Positions 40,101 through 54,088 of a stretch of DNA of 64,000 bases are shown here, piece after piece. Source of the DNA: an uncultured Erysipelotrichaceae bacterium (GTDB lineage: Bacteria; Bacillota_I; Bacilli_A; RF39; UBA660); contig CACZGA010000001.1 of NCBI GenBank assembly GCA_902780585.1, positions 10,819 to 74,818 on the forward strand, given 5' to 3'. Both the position numbers and the translations under genes were made by a program. The number at the start of each line of letters is the position of its first letter. The first letter of the stretch is position 1. The notes below the pieces were generated by a model. It did not search any database. It had not been told where the DNA came from and worked only from the letters and a program-made list of their open reading frames with translations.

Positions 40101-43100
40101 AATATGAATATCCTCTAGCAGTGAGTGCATTAATAACCTGAGTCATAAGAGCAACATGTCCTTCTTCTGCATTATGTTCTGCGTTAAGTTGTTCTCCTAT
40201 ATTATAAGATTTTATAGTAGATGTAGTTAAATGATAATTATCATCATAATAAGCCCTCTTACTATTTATATTTGCTCCACCATACTTAACAGCACCACCT
40301 GTAGGAATAAAATGAATACAAGCTTTTTTAAGAACTTGATTTACTCCATGCTGATCAAATACTTTTTCTACAAATTGTCCATTTTCTAATCTTCTCCTAT
40401 ATCCTACATTATTAACAGCCTTAAGAAGTCTCATGACAGATCCTTCATCATATACTAGACTATATTTTCCATTATTATCCTTTTGTATAGAAGCCGAGTA
40501 TTCTCCTCCAAAAGCTTGATATAAATCATAATTAGAATTTATAGGTTTATTATATGATTGCCAATCAGATATATTAAGTTCTTCACCATTGTCTAAAACT
40601 GATACGTATTTCTATTCAATTTTACCATTATTTACTCTACGTTTAAACCACCTCCAGTTAGAATTTTCATCCTAGTCATAAACATACCATTCTCCATAAT
40701 CAATATCTCTACCAAAATAGTCTTTTGTCCAATCTGGAATTTGTTTAGGCATAGTTGAATTCCAATTTGGATTTATTATTTTCTACACTTTAGGAGAATC
40801 CCATTTAATATCAAGCATGTGTTTATTCATTCTCCTATCAAATGCACTTGCTCTAATTCTAGCATTAGTTAATGGAAATCCTGCTGTCTTCCAAATAAAT
40901 CCTATTCCAGATTCTACTCCTTGATAATGTCCAAAAGGTTTTTTATCAACACCCATTGCATCTGCACCAAGAGAATTATTATCAAGATAATTCATTAATA
41001 TGCACATATAAGTAGCTCCGTCAAACGGTTTATCTCTACCACTTTCTCCTATAAAGTTATATGACATATCAGTATCATCCTCTATAATAGCATATGTTAA
41101 TTCTTCTGGAATACCGTTCAATGCATTAGGTTCTTCTCTATGAATAGAAGCTGTATAAGCAACATATCTTTTAACAGCTTGTCCAAATTGTTCAGCTTCT
41201 CTTTGTATAATATCATCAGACTTAGCTGGATGTGCAACATAAGTACCAGTTGTTGCTAATACAAATTCTTCTCCTAAATAAAAATCGTAAAGATTATGTT
41301 TAGATATTTCTGGATTTATTTCAATACTGAAATTATCAGGTTCTTCTTTAAACTATTCTAAATAAGAAGCATTGTTATCAATATCTTCCTTAATACGAGA
41401 AGTTTCTATATATTCTTTTAATTTAGATTTATTAATTTTATTATTAGTATCAATAAATCCTTCTTTTCTACGTTTTCTTTCCCATCCTTGCTATATCTAT
41501 TCTTCTGTTAAATTAGGAGAATATTTTAATCTAATTTTCTTATATTCCTAATAAGCTAATTCCATTAATTCATCCTATTTATTAGGAAGTACTATATTTT
41601 TAGCTTTTACTAACTCAGGAATTTTATTAAATAATTTAGATCTAATACTTTCCTTTCTTAATTCATTGAATATATCAGATAGTGAAACATAAGGATTATC
41701 AATATCTAAATTAGCAGGGAATTTTTTACCATATTTTTCTCTAAGTAATCTATAAGGAAACCATTGTTTAAAATCTTCTTTAGTTGAAATTAATAATGAT
41801 TTATCACCATAAGTTACTTTACCAACAGCTATATTTTCTCCTTTTATCCATCCTGTATTCTTTTGAATAGCTGCTGTAATAGCAATTCCGTTTTTAGGAA
41901 CTGTTCCATTTTTTACTTGAAGTTCTGTATTAGATTGTAGAAAATCTACAAATAGTTGATTTTCTTTTCTATTCCAAAACTATTCGTAAGTTTCAAAAGA
42001 ACTAGTTCCATTAAATAATTCATACTAATGAATTAAAGTTTTATTATTACTTAAAGTTCCATCTTTATTAACTAAATAATGAACCTAATCAATAAATTCA
42101 ACTTTTTCTCCAGCTTCTTGAGCAAGATATATAGCTTCTCTAAATATTGAATATGCTTTATCTTTAAAATTTAAATTAGCATTTTCAAAATTTGATAAAT
42201 AATCAAAATGTATTCCTTTTGGAATATCAGTATAACCTAAAGAATCAATAGCCTAATCTATATAATTCTAAGTTTCTCCTATAGGAATTCTATTTAAAAT
42301 ATTAAACTATTTATTAATATAATTAATAACATTCTAATAATATTCTCCAAATTCCTATTGAATTATATATTTAATATCATCATTGGTTAAATCACGTAAT
42401 CTTAATTGTATAACTTTAGAATCACCAGGTCTTAATGCTGGAATATATTTAGAAGGAATTAATGAATCCCATCCATATTTAAGTTTTATAAGATTTCCTT
42501 TATCAGAAACAACTGGACCCATTACTCTTAATATTCCTCCAGTTTTTTCTTCTAACGATTTACCATCTTCTCCATATTGATACATATCTCCATACATATC
42601 ATATAAAAAAGATACAGTAATTAATTCTTGTTCGGTAAATTTTTTAGCTTGTTTATTATTTCCAGGATCAGAATAATCTCTCATATATTCTGCTCCTCTA
42701 TACATATCATATATTGAAAAATGTTTTATTGGAGATTCTTTTCTTTTTCCATAATTTTCTATTATTTCTCCAAACCTTGCCAACATACAAGGTAATCCTA
42801 AAGTGGATATTTGTTTCCTATCTCCATCCATTACAGTATTAGTATCTACATATCCTTCGATAGAATCTTTAGTTTTAGAAATTTTTTCTAATGTGTCCAA
42901 ATCTAATGAAGATATTATAGAAGGCTATATGGAGCTATAAGATATTCTTGGTATTTTATGTAATAATTTTTTTGGACCGATATCATAGTATTTTCTAGCC
43001 GTAGCTTCATATTCATCAGTTTCTAAATTAATCATATGTTTTCCAACCTAATAGTTATATAACATACGACTTACTAAAGATACTGCTTGATCTAATTTCC

Positions 43101-44973
43101 CATCTAGACTATTAAATACTGAAATGAATCCTGGAGTAAATTCTATATCTAATACTTCATTGATTAAAGGAATAAAATAATTATAATCTGGTTTCTATAT
43201 TATTTTATTATCTTTATCAGTAATAGTAATAGACATATCAGGAGATATTACTATATTATATTTCTCCATAGAAATAGTAATTCCTTTAGTATCATTATCT
43301 ATAATTTCAAAATTTGTAAATTTTGTAATATTATTATTTGTACTTCCTAAAGGATTTACTTTATTAAATTTTCCTTCTAAACCTCTTTGTAATGCTTTAA
43401 GTCTAGTATCGTTAGTTTTTGTACCTAAATTAACAACTTTTACTCCATTTTCTGGATCTTTTAAATATTCAAGTTGCTATTTATTTTCAATATTTATAAA
43501 TATTCCTGTAATATATTGATAAATTGACTAATTGTTTGGATTGAATCCTAATCCATTTCTCTAATTCATTGAAAATATAGAGTCTGTTCTAGGAGAAAAA
43601 ATTTGATAATACAGTGAAGTTAAAGTTTCGTTTGTTTTTACATGTTTTGAAAATATGGCTGAATAAGGATTATAATCAGTTTCACCTAAATATATTGGCT
43701 ATGTTAATCGAAATAAAATAGGCATTAATAGCTAAGGATACATTTTAGCAGAAGCTAACAACTATTTAAAATTCTTTCCATAAACAAATTCATTTAAAAG
43801 TTCTTCTAAATAGTTTCTTCCATATAAATGTTCATATTCATTCTAAATAACAGAAATTATTTCTGCTCCAAATTTTGCAGATGAAAATTTATTATTCATA
43901 AAAAAGTCTCCATCTTGAACATCTAAAGTTTTCATTAGATTACCGATGGCAACTTTAATGTTTGAAAATTCTAAATTTTCCTATTTAAAGTTTCCAGATT
44001 TATCAACTACTTTCAAAGATTTTAAAAATAATACTCCTAGAGTTCCTAATTCTTCTGTTTCATCAACATCTTCATCTTCATCTCTCCAAGTATTTATTAC
44101 TTTGTCAGCAGTTTTTATAGTATATTTATCACTATTATCTAGATTATATTCTCCATAATTTTTTATTGCTATAGCCTTTCCAAAACTTAAAGTCAATAAA
44201 TCATCAAAATGTTTTAATGTTACGAATGCTTGCCAAGCGTTTAATAATTTTTGTCCATTTTCGTTTAAAGTATCAATTTCAGGAATTCGAGCTATTAAAC
44301 TTGAAGGAAATATACCTTTATTTTCATTAAATATATTATTAAATACATAATTCATAGCTTCGTTTAAATTATGATTAAATAAATATTCAAATCGTTCAGA
44401 GGCTCTTTCTCCAAGATTTTCAAGTATTATTTCTTTAATCTAATCTTTCAAATATTCTCTATATTCCTAAAATGACTAATTTAAATCTTCTACGGAATTA
44501 ATTAATGTTGCAGAATCATTTTCTCCTTGAATAAACATTCTTCTCACAACATTATTTCCAAAATTCCTTAAGAATACTAATTTACTAAAAGAACTTATTC
44601 TAAAATAATTATCTAAGAATCTCTATCTAATTTGAGATTTTTCAGAAGTAGGAGAGAGGGTATCCAATTTGGATCCCTCATCTTCCTACGGAATATTCTA
44701 TAAACCTTCAAATATTGAATCAATTGCAGACCTTATACTGTTAGCAATTTGTTCATCGATATTTGATATTTCGTATATCTAAATTTCATCATCTAGATAT
44801 TCTCTTACAGCATCTTCAAAATCAGAAGAAACATTTTTATATAGTTTTTTTAATTCTAATAAACCTTGTTCAAAAGCAGAAATTGGATCGCTTTCTTTAC
44901 TAATAGAATTAATTAAAAGATCCATTTCATCTAAAAACTCTTGCTAGTCTATCAATCTACAACTGTTTCCCAT
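34129..44973 (-). CDS. late giant protein D (3614 aa); candidate virion-packaged RNA polymerase of the crAss-like single-chain DxDxD type
   Basis: A single frame runs from ATG 44973 to TGA 34129-34131. I checked all 181 sequence rows for in-frame TAA or TGA and found none. My hand count is about 96 in-frame TAGs. Contains GSDYDIDK at residues 2345-2352. Confidence 0.85.
37921..37935 (-). other. DYDID (DxDxD) motif, possible catalytic metal-binding loop of a double-psi beta-barrel RNA polymerase
   Basis: gac tat gac att gat in the frame of protein D, context AYVSRDQLWLQGSDYDIDKISLLGLKF. Compare NADFDGD of beta-prime and DYDGD of QDE-1-type polymerases. Confidence 0.4.
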
Positions 44974-44974
44974 A

Positions 44975-47900
44975 TTACCATTTATAAGTACAATTTCCGT
45001 TATTATCTTCTTTTAATATCTACTAAATATAATTTTCTAAAAGATCAATATTAACATTTGCTTTTATATTATCTATTAAACTTATATCATTATTATAAAG
45101 AGCTGAAATATTTTTTCCTATAAATAAAGCTAAAACTGGAATAGTTTTATCATTTAAAATAAAAGAAATACTTCCATCATCATTATATTTTAATAGGTCA
45201 TTTCCAAATACAGTATTATAATTTTTAGTTTTTCCTATTCGTTGTTTAATTATCTATTCAAGTTTATCATCAGTAGTTTTTTCAATAATATTTTTTGTTC
45301 CTTGAGGAATATTACTGCTTAATAATATTTCTCTTAATTTCTAAATTTCAGGCTAAACTTGTTCAAATTTAATATCAGAAGATTCCCCTCCTTTAGGAGG
45401 ATTATTTTCAGTAATTTCTTTTATAGTATTATTAACATACTGTTCCATTCCGTTCAACAATTCTTCCATTCCATTTTTTAATTCAATAGGAACATCTATT
45501 AAATTGTTAAATTTTAATTTTAATTCCTAGATTTTAGGTAACTACTAATTAAAATAATTAATATCTGTAGAATCTTTATTAGCAGATATATCTTTAGCTA
45601 ATGAATAAATATTAGATATATTATCAAGTATAGAATTTCTTGATTCTTCTGATATATTTAACTATTGTAAAAAAGTTTTAATATCATTTAACGTTTTATT
45701 AAATTCTTCTTCTTCTGAATTATACTAACTTACTCCATTTTCATTAATAATCCATTGTCCATTATCATTTTCAAATGTAGTAGTTCCATCTTCATTAAAC
45801 TAAATATTTCTAGCTGTCTTTACTTCTTTATTATTATAAATTTTATACTTTCCAGTTTTTTCATTAAAATAGGAAAGTGTTTTAGTATTCTAATATATGA
45901 ACTATCTAGCATCATTCAAAACTTTTTCCTATTCTTCAAGTGTTAAATTTTTAAAAATTTCTTTAAGTTTAGTTTTAGTCATTTCTCTTGGAAGAGTAGT
46001 AGGAATTATTTCTACAAATTTATTAAGATTATCAGCTTGTTTTATTTCATCTTCAGTTTGATGCTATGTAGCTGTTTCATCTTCATAATGTCTTTTATTT
46101 CCAGACTAGATACCTTCTGCTTTAGAATCTTCAGCAAAAATACTGGATTTCTTAGGATCAGAATCTACTTTACTTGGATTTCTTCCAAGGGCTCCTCTAA
46201 TTAACCATTCTAACATAGGAACAATATTAACTACATACATTGTAGAATCAGTTTTTCCATTAATTAAATACTATTGAGTAGGATCTGTTTCTATTAAAGT
46301 TATATTTATAGAATTATTCTCATCAATAGTATAACTACTTGTAGATTTATAATCTGCTTTAGGATGTAACTAAACCTCTTTCCATTTTACTGTATTTAAA
46401 AATGCTTCTATTCTTGATTTACATTTATCAGAATATACAAATTTACCATCTTTTAACTCTACAGCAGATTCTGTATTTTTAACACCTTGATTTATGTAAC
46501 TATAAGTTTCATCAACATTTTTTAATCCAAATAATAAACTATTTAATTCTCTTTGGAAAATGTGACGTAATGTTAATTTTGGATTGTTTAAAGAAATAAG
46601 ATAACGTGTTTCATTGTTTACTTCATATTTAAGAGCATTTATAATAGCTTCTTTAATAGAATCGTTTTCTTCATTCTTTTTATAATCAGTAACACTTCTA
46701 TTTAAATAATCATATAACTAACTTCTATTATCAATTCCAGTTAATATTTTTATTAATTCCTGAAGAGCTTTTAATTTAGCATTTACTTCATTTCTAGTTT
46801 CTTCTGGAAGAGTATTTAAATATTCTTCTAATGCTGATAAGAAAGGACTTCCTTCCCCTAATACTTGTGATAATAATCTAAAAGAAGTATTTTTAGTTCC
46901 TATATTTTTATCAATTTCTACAGTATCATTTTTCTTAGCAGATAATATTTTATGTAAATTATAAAGATACTATTCAGTTGGAACTGAAGGAGGAACAATA
47001 TATACTAATTTTATTAAAGGAGGTTCGTTTCCATTTTTAAGTTGTTTAATATATTCTTCCATCAATCTCTAATCACTCATTGTAGAATCATAGTAATCAG
47101 ACATTAATATAAAAGGTTTACCTTGATCAAGTGTTACTCCATTAATAGTAATAGGTTTTGTTTCTTTAATAGCCATTATTTCAGAAACTTTTCTCCAAGG
47201 CATTAATTTTTTATATCTATCTAATTCTACATAATCTCCATTATAGAAATAATTTTCATTATCAAGATAATTATCACCTTTAATTTTATTAGTAATAGTA
47301 ATTCCAGTAAGTTTAGCAAATTTAGCTAATGTAAAATGTCCCTTAGTATTAAACATTTTATTTAAATAAGCAATGTTATTATAAGCTTCCCCTTGATAAA
47401 GTTCTAACATCATTGCAAATTCCTTTAAATGTGGTATATCTTCATTATTAGCTAATGCTTGTTTTATTAATAATTTAAATGCTTTCTTATGATCTTCTTT
47501 ATTTACTACATTTCTAGCTGCTTCATCGTATAAAGCTTTAATTCCTTCGAATTCTTTAGTTTCTAAAAGTGTTAATGGAGAAGTCATTTTGGCTAATGGA
47601 ATTTCAACTAATTGAGTTCCATCTTCCATAGTAATAATCATTGATATTACCTAATTTCTAGGTTCTTTAATATCTTTAGAAGCATTTCCATCATTAATTA
47701 TACCATCTACTGTTTCTTCTTTTCCTTTATAATATTTCTGGTAATCAGAATAATCTTCTTCAAATTTTCTTTTAGTTTCATTAGGATCCTTATAATCTTC
47801 ATAATATGTTTTGTAGACATAATCTATATTTATCTTTTCGTTAGTGTTTCCTAAAAGAATTTTTACTCTATCTACTAAATCATTATAATCACTACAATAC

Positions 47901-50900
47901 TATCCAAGTATCCTAAGTCTATTAAGAAGGGTTAGTAATTCTTCTTTTCCAGAAGTTATTTTTCCATCTTTTAATTCAAATTTTTGAAAGAGTTTGATTT
48001 TTTTACCACTAGTTTCATTTATTTTAACTAATCCATTAAGATTATCTTTTCTATTTTCTGTAAAATCACCAAGTTGTAAAGTTGCTTCATCATCCATTGG
48101 ATCTAAATTAGTTACTATTTCTCCTTTAGAATTAAGAACTTTACATCCAGTTTCATTACACATAAAAGTATGTAATAAAATATTTAATTCCCCTTCTTTA
48201 CTATTATCAATAGTTCTTTCTGGATCTATATTACGTTTGTGTGTTTCTTCTTTAGTAATATCTTCACCATCAGTATCAATATTATCATCTTCAGAAACTT
48301 CTTCTTGTTTTTTAATTTCTCCTGTCCAATTTGGTTCTGGAGTTTTAACATCACCTGATAAAGCACTTTTAATTATATTTTGTCTATCTTTTAAGAAATT
48401 CTTTTTAACAGAAGGAGATAAATTATTTACTCTAAGTTTAGATTGAGCAACTGAATTAAATAATGGATTTGCTGGATAATTTTCATTATCATAATTACCA
48501 AATAATAATGAACCTTGTTTTGCTCTTGATAACGCAGTGTATATTCCACTATAAAAAATATCAATGGGACTTTCATCAGAAGAATCTACAGATTGAATAG
48601 CTTTATCAAAAGAATTTCTTAAATCAATAATATAATACTATCCCTCTTGACCTTGTGATGCACCCGCTGAAACAAGCTAAATTTTACCCTTATATTTATC
48701 TAATTCATTTAGAGCTAAAACAGCTTGTGCAAATTCATTAGTAGGATCATCAGTAATAAAGTTAATTCTATTAATTTTCTTTTTTACATTTCCATCTTTA
48801 TCAGTATATTCTTCATCAGGAGACATAGTATCAAGCATAGTTTTAATAGTTTCTATTGCTTTACTAAGTTCTGTTTCTGTCTTATCTCCATATAAACCTT
48901 GAGTTTTATCTTCAAAATATGAAAATGTAATTGGGGTAACTTGTGCTCCTTGATCATAATCTGGACTTAATTTTCTAATATTTTCTTTTATTTTTTCTTT
49001 ACTAGCCTTTAATTTAGCTATGTTTCCAGATTTAAAAGAATTATTAGCTCTCATAGAGGTTCCTAATTTCCAAGAACCTATAAAGTTACCATTAGATAAT
49101 CTTAAATATATATTTCTAGGATTATTTGGATCTCCACTAAGATTATAATTTTCTTTACCGTCAGGATTTTTTACAATACCCTATGCTCCAAGCTAATTAA
49201 AATCACCAGCAGCAAAAGCATATATTCCGTTCTTTTTAAGGAAGTCTTCTGATAATAATAAATCCTACTGAGAGAATGAAGAAACTTCATCAAAAAAGAC
49301 TAGTTTTGGAGCTTTTACATTGTCGTTTACTTTAATGTTCTTATAATGATAAATTCCATTTTCATCTTTCTCAAGTTCATCTATTCCAATTATAATTTTT
49401 CCAGTAGGATCAAATTTTTGCTCATAATTATGTGCAATTTTTTCAAAATACTACTATTTTGTCATAGTAGTAGCATTTTCCATTCCTGCATTTCTAGATA
49501 TATCTAAAGCATTTTCCTCTGAATTACTTACAAACCATATATCATCAGTTAATTCTGGATGAAATTTATTCAACATACTATAGAGAGTTTTATAAGTAGC
49601 TGAACTTTTTCCTGAACCAGGATCACCTTCTATTAAGAAATGTCTCATTGACATTATATAAGCGTCATTATCAACATTATCATGTCCTTGTTTTTTTGCT
49701 TCATCCTTAATTAAAGAATTATAAGCATTTGCAAACTGTTCAAATATTTTCGGATTAAGTATATATGAGTATGCTCTTCTTATAGCTTCTTCCTAACCTA
49801 TAATAGGTACATATTCTTCTCCTATAACCTACTAATATTCATTATATACAGCTTCTGGATCAATAGCAGCTAATGAAGCTAAATGCCAAATAAAATCAGC
49901 ATCATCCTAATTTTCAACATTAGCGTTTATAGTAGAAGTTTTTCCAGATAACGCAGAAAAATTGAAGGATTTAAATAATTTTTTAAGTTCTTCCGTATCT
50001 TTCAGTTTATCTATATTTTTATTAAAGAAATTAAATATAGCTTTATCTATAGCTAATTTTTCCTTAAATAACTATTTTCTTTCATCTAATGATAATTCTT
50101 CTTTATTGTTAGAAATTAAATTAGTTAAAAGAGTAGCTTCATTTAAAGCTTTAGATATATCTTGTTTTCCTTCCCAATTGTCAGGAATATCTACTATAAG
50201 TCTCTATACATTCTAATGGAAGATTTTGTTTAATTTAACTTCCTAAATTATATGGTCATTTAAAGTAGCTCCAGTATTAGCTGCATATACCGCTTGATAA
50301 AATTTTAAATCATTTTTAATTTTAGCTAATTCATATAATATAGAATCAACAGTAGAAGCTTTTAATTCTGGTAATTTCTCCTATTTTTTAGTAGTATCCT
50401 AATTTTCTCCTTCTATAGGAAATTTTTCTTGAACTTCATTAACTGTACTGTTATATCCAAATACATTTCCGAGTTCTCCTATAACTTCTGTTCTTGAAGC
50501 TAATAAATGAGATTGTGCTAAGTCTATTAATTGAAGAGTTCTCTCAATCTTTTTATTAATATCATCAGAATAATTAAATTCAGCAACGTTTTGTCCATTA
50601 GCTAAATCAGACATAAATAAAGCTAAATCTGTAATCATTCCTGTAGTATCAAATCCAGATTCTCTTAATGAATAAATCATTTGACTTAATAATTCTTCAA
50701 CAGGAGAAGATTTAATAGCATCAAGTTCTTTATTTAATGTTTCTACTACTTTAGGATCAGCTATATCAGCTTTATTTATAAAATCTCTTATATACTATTT
50801 TGTAGTAGGAGTTATATATTTAGTATTTTTAAATATTTTTATAATTTCATCCTATACAGCTTTATTTTGAATAAATGAAGTCCAATAATATTTATAATCG

Positions 50901-53900
50901 TCAAGTTTCTAAGCATTAAAACTATTTCTTTTTTCTTCAATAGACTAGAGTAAATCTTTATCTTCAGTTAATTCATCCTATTCTAATTCTAAAATATCTA
51001 ATATTTTCTATTTATCATCATCAGAAAGGTTATTAAATTCTTCTATAGTCTATGGTAATTCAATTCCAATTGCTTCTTCCCATGTTTTACTAAGATTTTC
51101 AAGCTATATTTTAAAATTATCATATATAGTTTTATCAAGATTATCTTTAGAAGCTTCTAATAATGCAGTCCATATTCCAGCTCGGGTTTCTGCAGGAATA
51201 AATTCTTCTGTATCCTATACAATATTTTTTGATCTAGATAACTATACTTCTTTTTCATTTAAAAATATATTTTCTAGTTCTCTGAGTGGATTTATTTCCT
51301 TGTCAGTAAAATATGTTTCTTCATATTTCTTTAAAAGATTAGAAAAAGCTTGTTGATTATGTTTAAATACCTGATAATTTCTATGTATCATATCTCTACG
51401 AGTTAATGAACTTTCAGCCCAATCTTCTCTAAGCTTCTTCATTCTTTCTTCAGAAATTTCATTAAATTTTTTTCCTTCTACTGCCTCAGCCCAAATATCA
51501 AATCCAGTTAAAGCATACGCAGATGAAATTGGAACAGTCATTTCAAATAAAGATTCTGCTATAAACTCATTAGCCATAGTACCATCTTTATACATAGTTA
51601 ATTTTTTATCCAACTTCTTTTTCTATTCATTTAATTCTTTTAATTCTTCTTCGTTCTATTTAGTCCAATTCTTTTTAGCTTCTCTATTCTATTCATCTGT
51701 TCCTACTTGGCCATTTTTCTACTTTTCTAAAGTATTTATTTTCTAACTAACATCAACATACTCAGATAATAGATTATTAAATTCATTAGTATATACTCCT
51801 AAAACATTACTATTTAATAATGAATAATATTTAAGTTGTTTTCTAACTAATCCATCAAGTAATTCATTATCAGAAATTTTAAATTTCATTCCTTCTGAAT
51901 TTAAAATTTCTTCTACCATATTTACTTGTTCTAACAGTCTTTGTTTTATAGCATAATCCTAACTTTCTTCATAAGTATTAGCTGGTTTATATATTTTTTC
52001 TCCATCAGAAGTTTCTAATTGCTAAGTTGATAAAGAAGTACTACCGAACGTCATTTTATTAATAGTATCTTTATATTCCTAAGCTTGTCCATTCTATACT
52101 AAATTTACAAGTTTTATAAATGCATCTGAATTAGACCCAGGATTATTGACAGATTCTACTAATTCTCTCTATGCAACTCTAGCTTGTCTATAGCCAGGAA
52201 GTCCTGTAGCTAATCCTCCTCCTACAAGACCTCCTATTGCAGACATAGAATATCTAGTTGCCATGTTTTCCCAAACATCAGTAAATTTAGTATCATCACC
52301 TCTTAATGTATTAACAATATTAAAAATACTTTTAGCTGCATCAGCAAGTAATTCTTCAGAAGTTTCTTCTGTTGCTTCACTTAACATTCCAGAAACAGTC
52401 ATTTTACTTGTATTAGTAAGCACTGAATCAGAATAATCCTATTTAGCTAATTGTTTTCCATAATCAAATAACTTCTAAAACCATTTTTTCTTTACTTCTG
52501 GATCTTTATTTAGATTTTCACCTGATTCTCTTGTAATTTTAGCTAACGAACGTGCTATAGTTTGATTTTGAAATTTTTCCATTTTTAATTCTGGAAGAAT
52601 CCATTTACCAATATCACTTCTTAAAATCTACCATTCTCCTAATGAATAACCTAAAGCAAACAAAGCAGCCTCCGTATCAGATGCCCCTTGTTGTTTAGCT
52701 TCTCCATAAGAATCTGCTGTAGTAATTCCAGTCATATAAGCCATAGATATATTTTTACTTATGTTCTATCCTGCTTTTAGACGTTCATTTAACTTAGTTT
52801 CTGCTGTTGCAAAGCGTATTGTTTTTTCAGTATTTAATTTAGAAAATAATTCGGCCTAAGTTTTTGCTGGTCTTACTAAATCTACATTAAAAGGTTCACT
52901 TTCAGCTAATTTATTTATTAATTCTTTTCTTGCAGTATTAGCATCTGTTCCTTCTCCTATTAATTTAGGATTAACTCTTGAAAACAATGCATTTCCATAT
53001 TTAAATATCCAACGCTATTCTGCAAGTTGTGTAAATACATCAGAGATAAGTTTTAATCCAGTTTCCATTGTCCAAGGGTTAGCCTATATATTAGCTTCTT
53101 CTGAACCCTAAGTATAATCAGAAGTAGAAAATGAAAAAGTTTTATTTAATGCTTCTATATAGGACATCGCCTCATTATCATTACCAGTAAATATTTTACC
53201 TATAGTTGGGAAAAGTTGCATTAAACTAAGTCCTACTCTTGTTCCTATATAAATTGGAGAAACATAAGGAACGAAAGCTGGAGCAATTTGTGCAACAGCT
53301 CTACTTAAACTTCCAAAGGTAGATTTTTCTCTATCATCAGAATCGAAGAAATCATATTTATTCCATTTAGATCCATCTTCTGTAAGTGTATCAAATCCTG
53401 ATAAAACTTCTCTTCCGTATATATCTCTTCCTCCAAGAGTTTCATAATAATAAGTACCAGTAGTTGGATCTATTTTCTTTTCTCCTTTATGATAAACTAT
53501 TTCATCTTTATTGTTAGTAGGATTTCCATTTTCATCAGCATCAAAATCCCATTGTGCAAGAACTTTAGGATTTATAAAATTATCTAACCAATTAGAATTA
53601 GGACTTTCTATCCATTTTCCTGTTTTATAATCATAAACTGGTTTAGATTCTGCTATTTCTCTTAAAGATTTAGTTGGATCTTCTTTTATTCCAAAATTAA
53701 TAAATCCTTCTTGCTATCTTAAAGGATTAGCTACTTTTTTTATATTAAATTCAGGATTAATTGGATTTCCTTGTTCATCTACAGAAGAACTTTTTAATGT
53801 TGAAGGAGCAAATATATCATCTCTAAAAAATATATTATCAGAGTCTGTTAAATCCGATAAAGTATTAAACTAATGTAATGCCTATTCATAAGCATTATTG

Positions 53901-54088
53901 AATTTTTTTTCATCAAATTTTCCATCTGTCTAGAAAATAGGAAGATTTTGAATTGTCTGAGAATTTTTATATTTTTCCTTATCTTGTATCATAGTATTCG
54001 AAGAATTTAGTCCAACCAACTAAAAATCTTTAGGATTAAAAGTTGGATTGGACAATAATTCTAAGAAATAATCATGTTCTTTCATCAT
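44975..54088 (-). CDS. late giant protein C (3037 aa) with a central SF1 helicase/ATPase core and Gly-rich hydrophobic segments
   Basis: Track fragments from 47069-47641 up to 52169-52423 share one frame, and all end at TAG. All gaps checked triplet by triplet. ATGATG at 54088 overlaps the stop of gene B. The stop is TAA 44975-44977, 1 nt before the ATG of gene D. Confidence 0.85.
48518..49627 (-). other. SF1 (RecD/Pif1-like) helicase core inside protein C, about residues 1488-1857
   Basis: Walker A GDPGSGKS (49604-49627), Walker B LVFFDEVS, motif III AAGDFN[TAG]L, motif V SAGASQGQEG and motif VI YTALSRAKQG (48518-48541), all in the canonical order. Confidence 0.75.

Noticed and set aside
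48260-48280. IDTDGED in protein C as an RNA polymerase DxDxD motif
   Set aside because: The third acidic position is Glu, and the motif sits in an acidic low-complexity linker just after the helicase core. DYDID in protein D is the better candidate.
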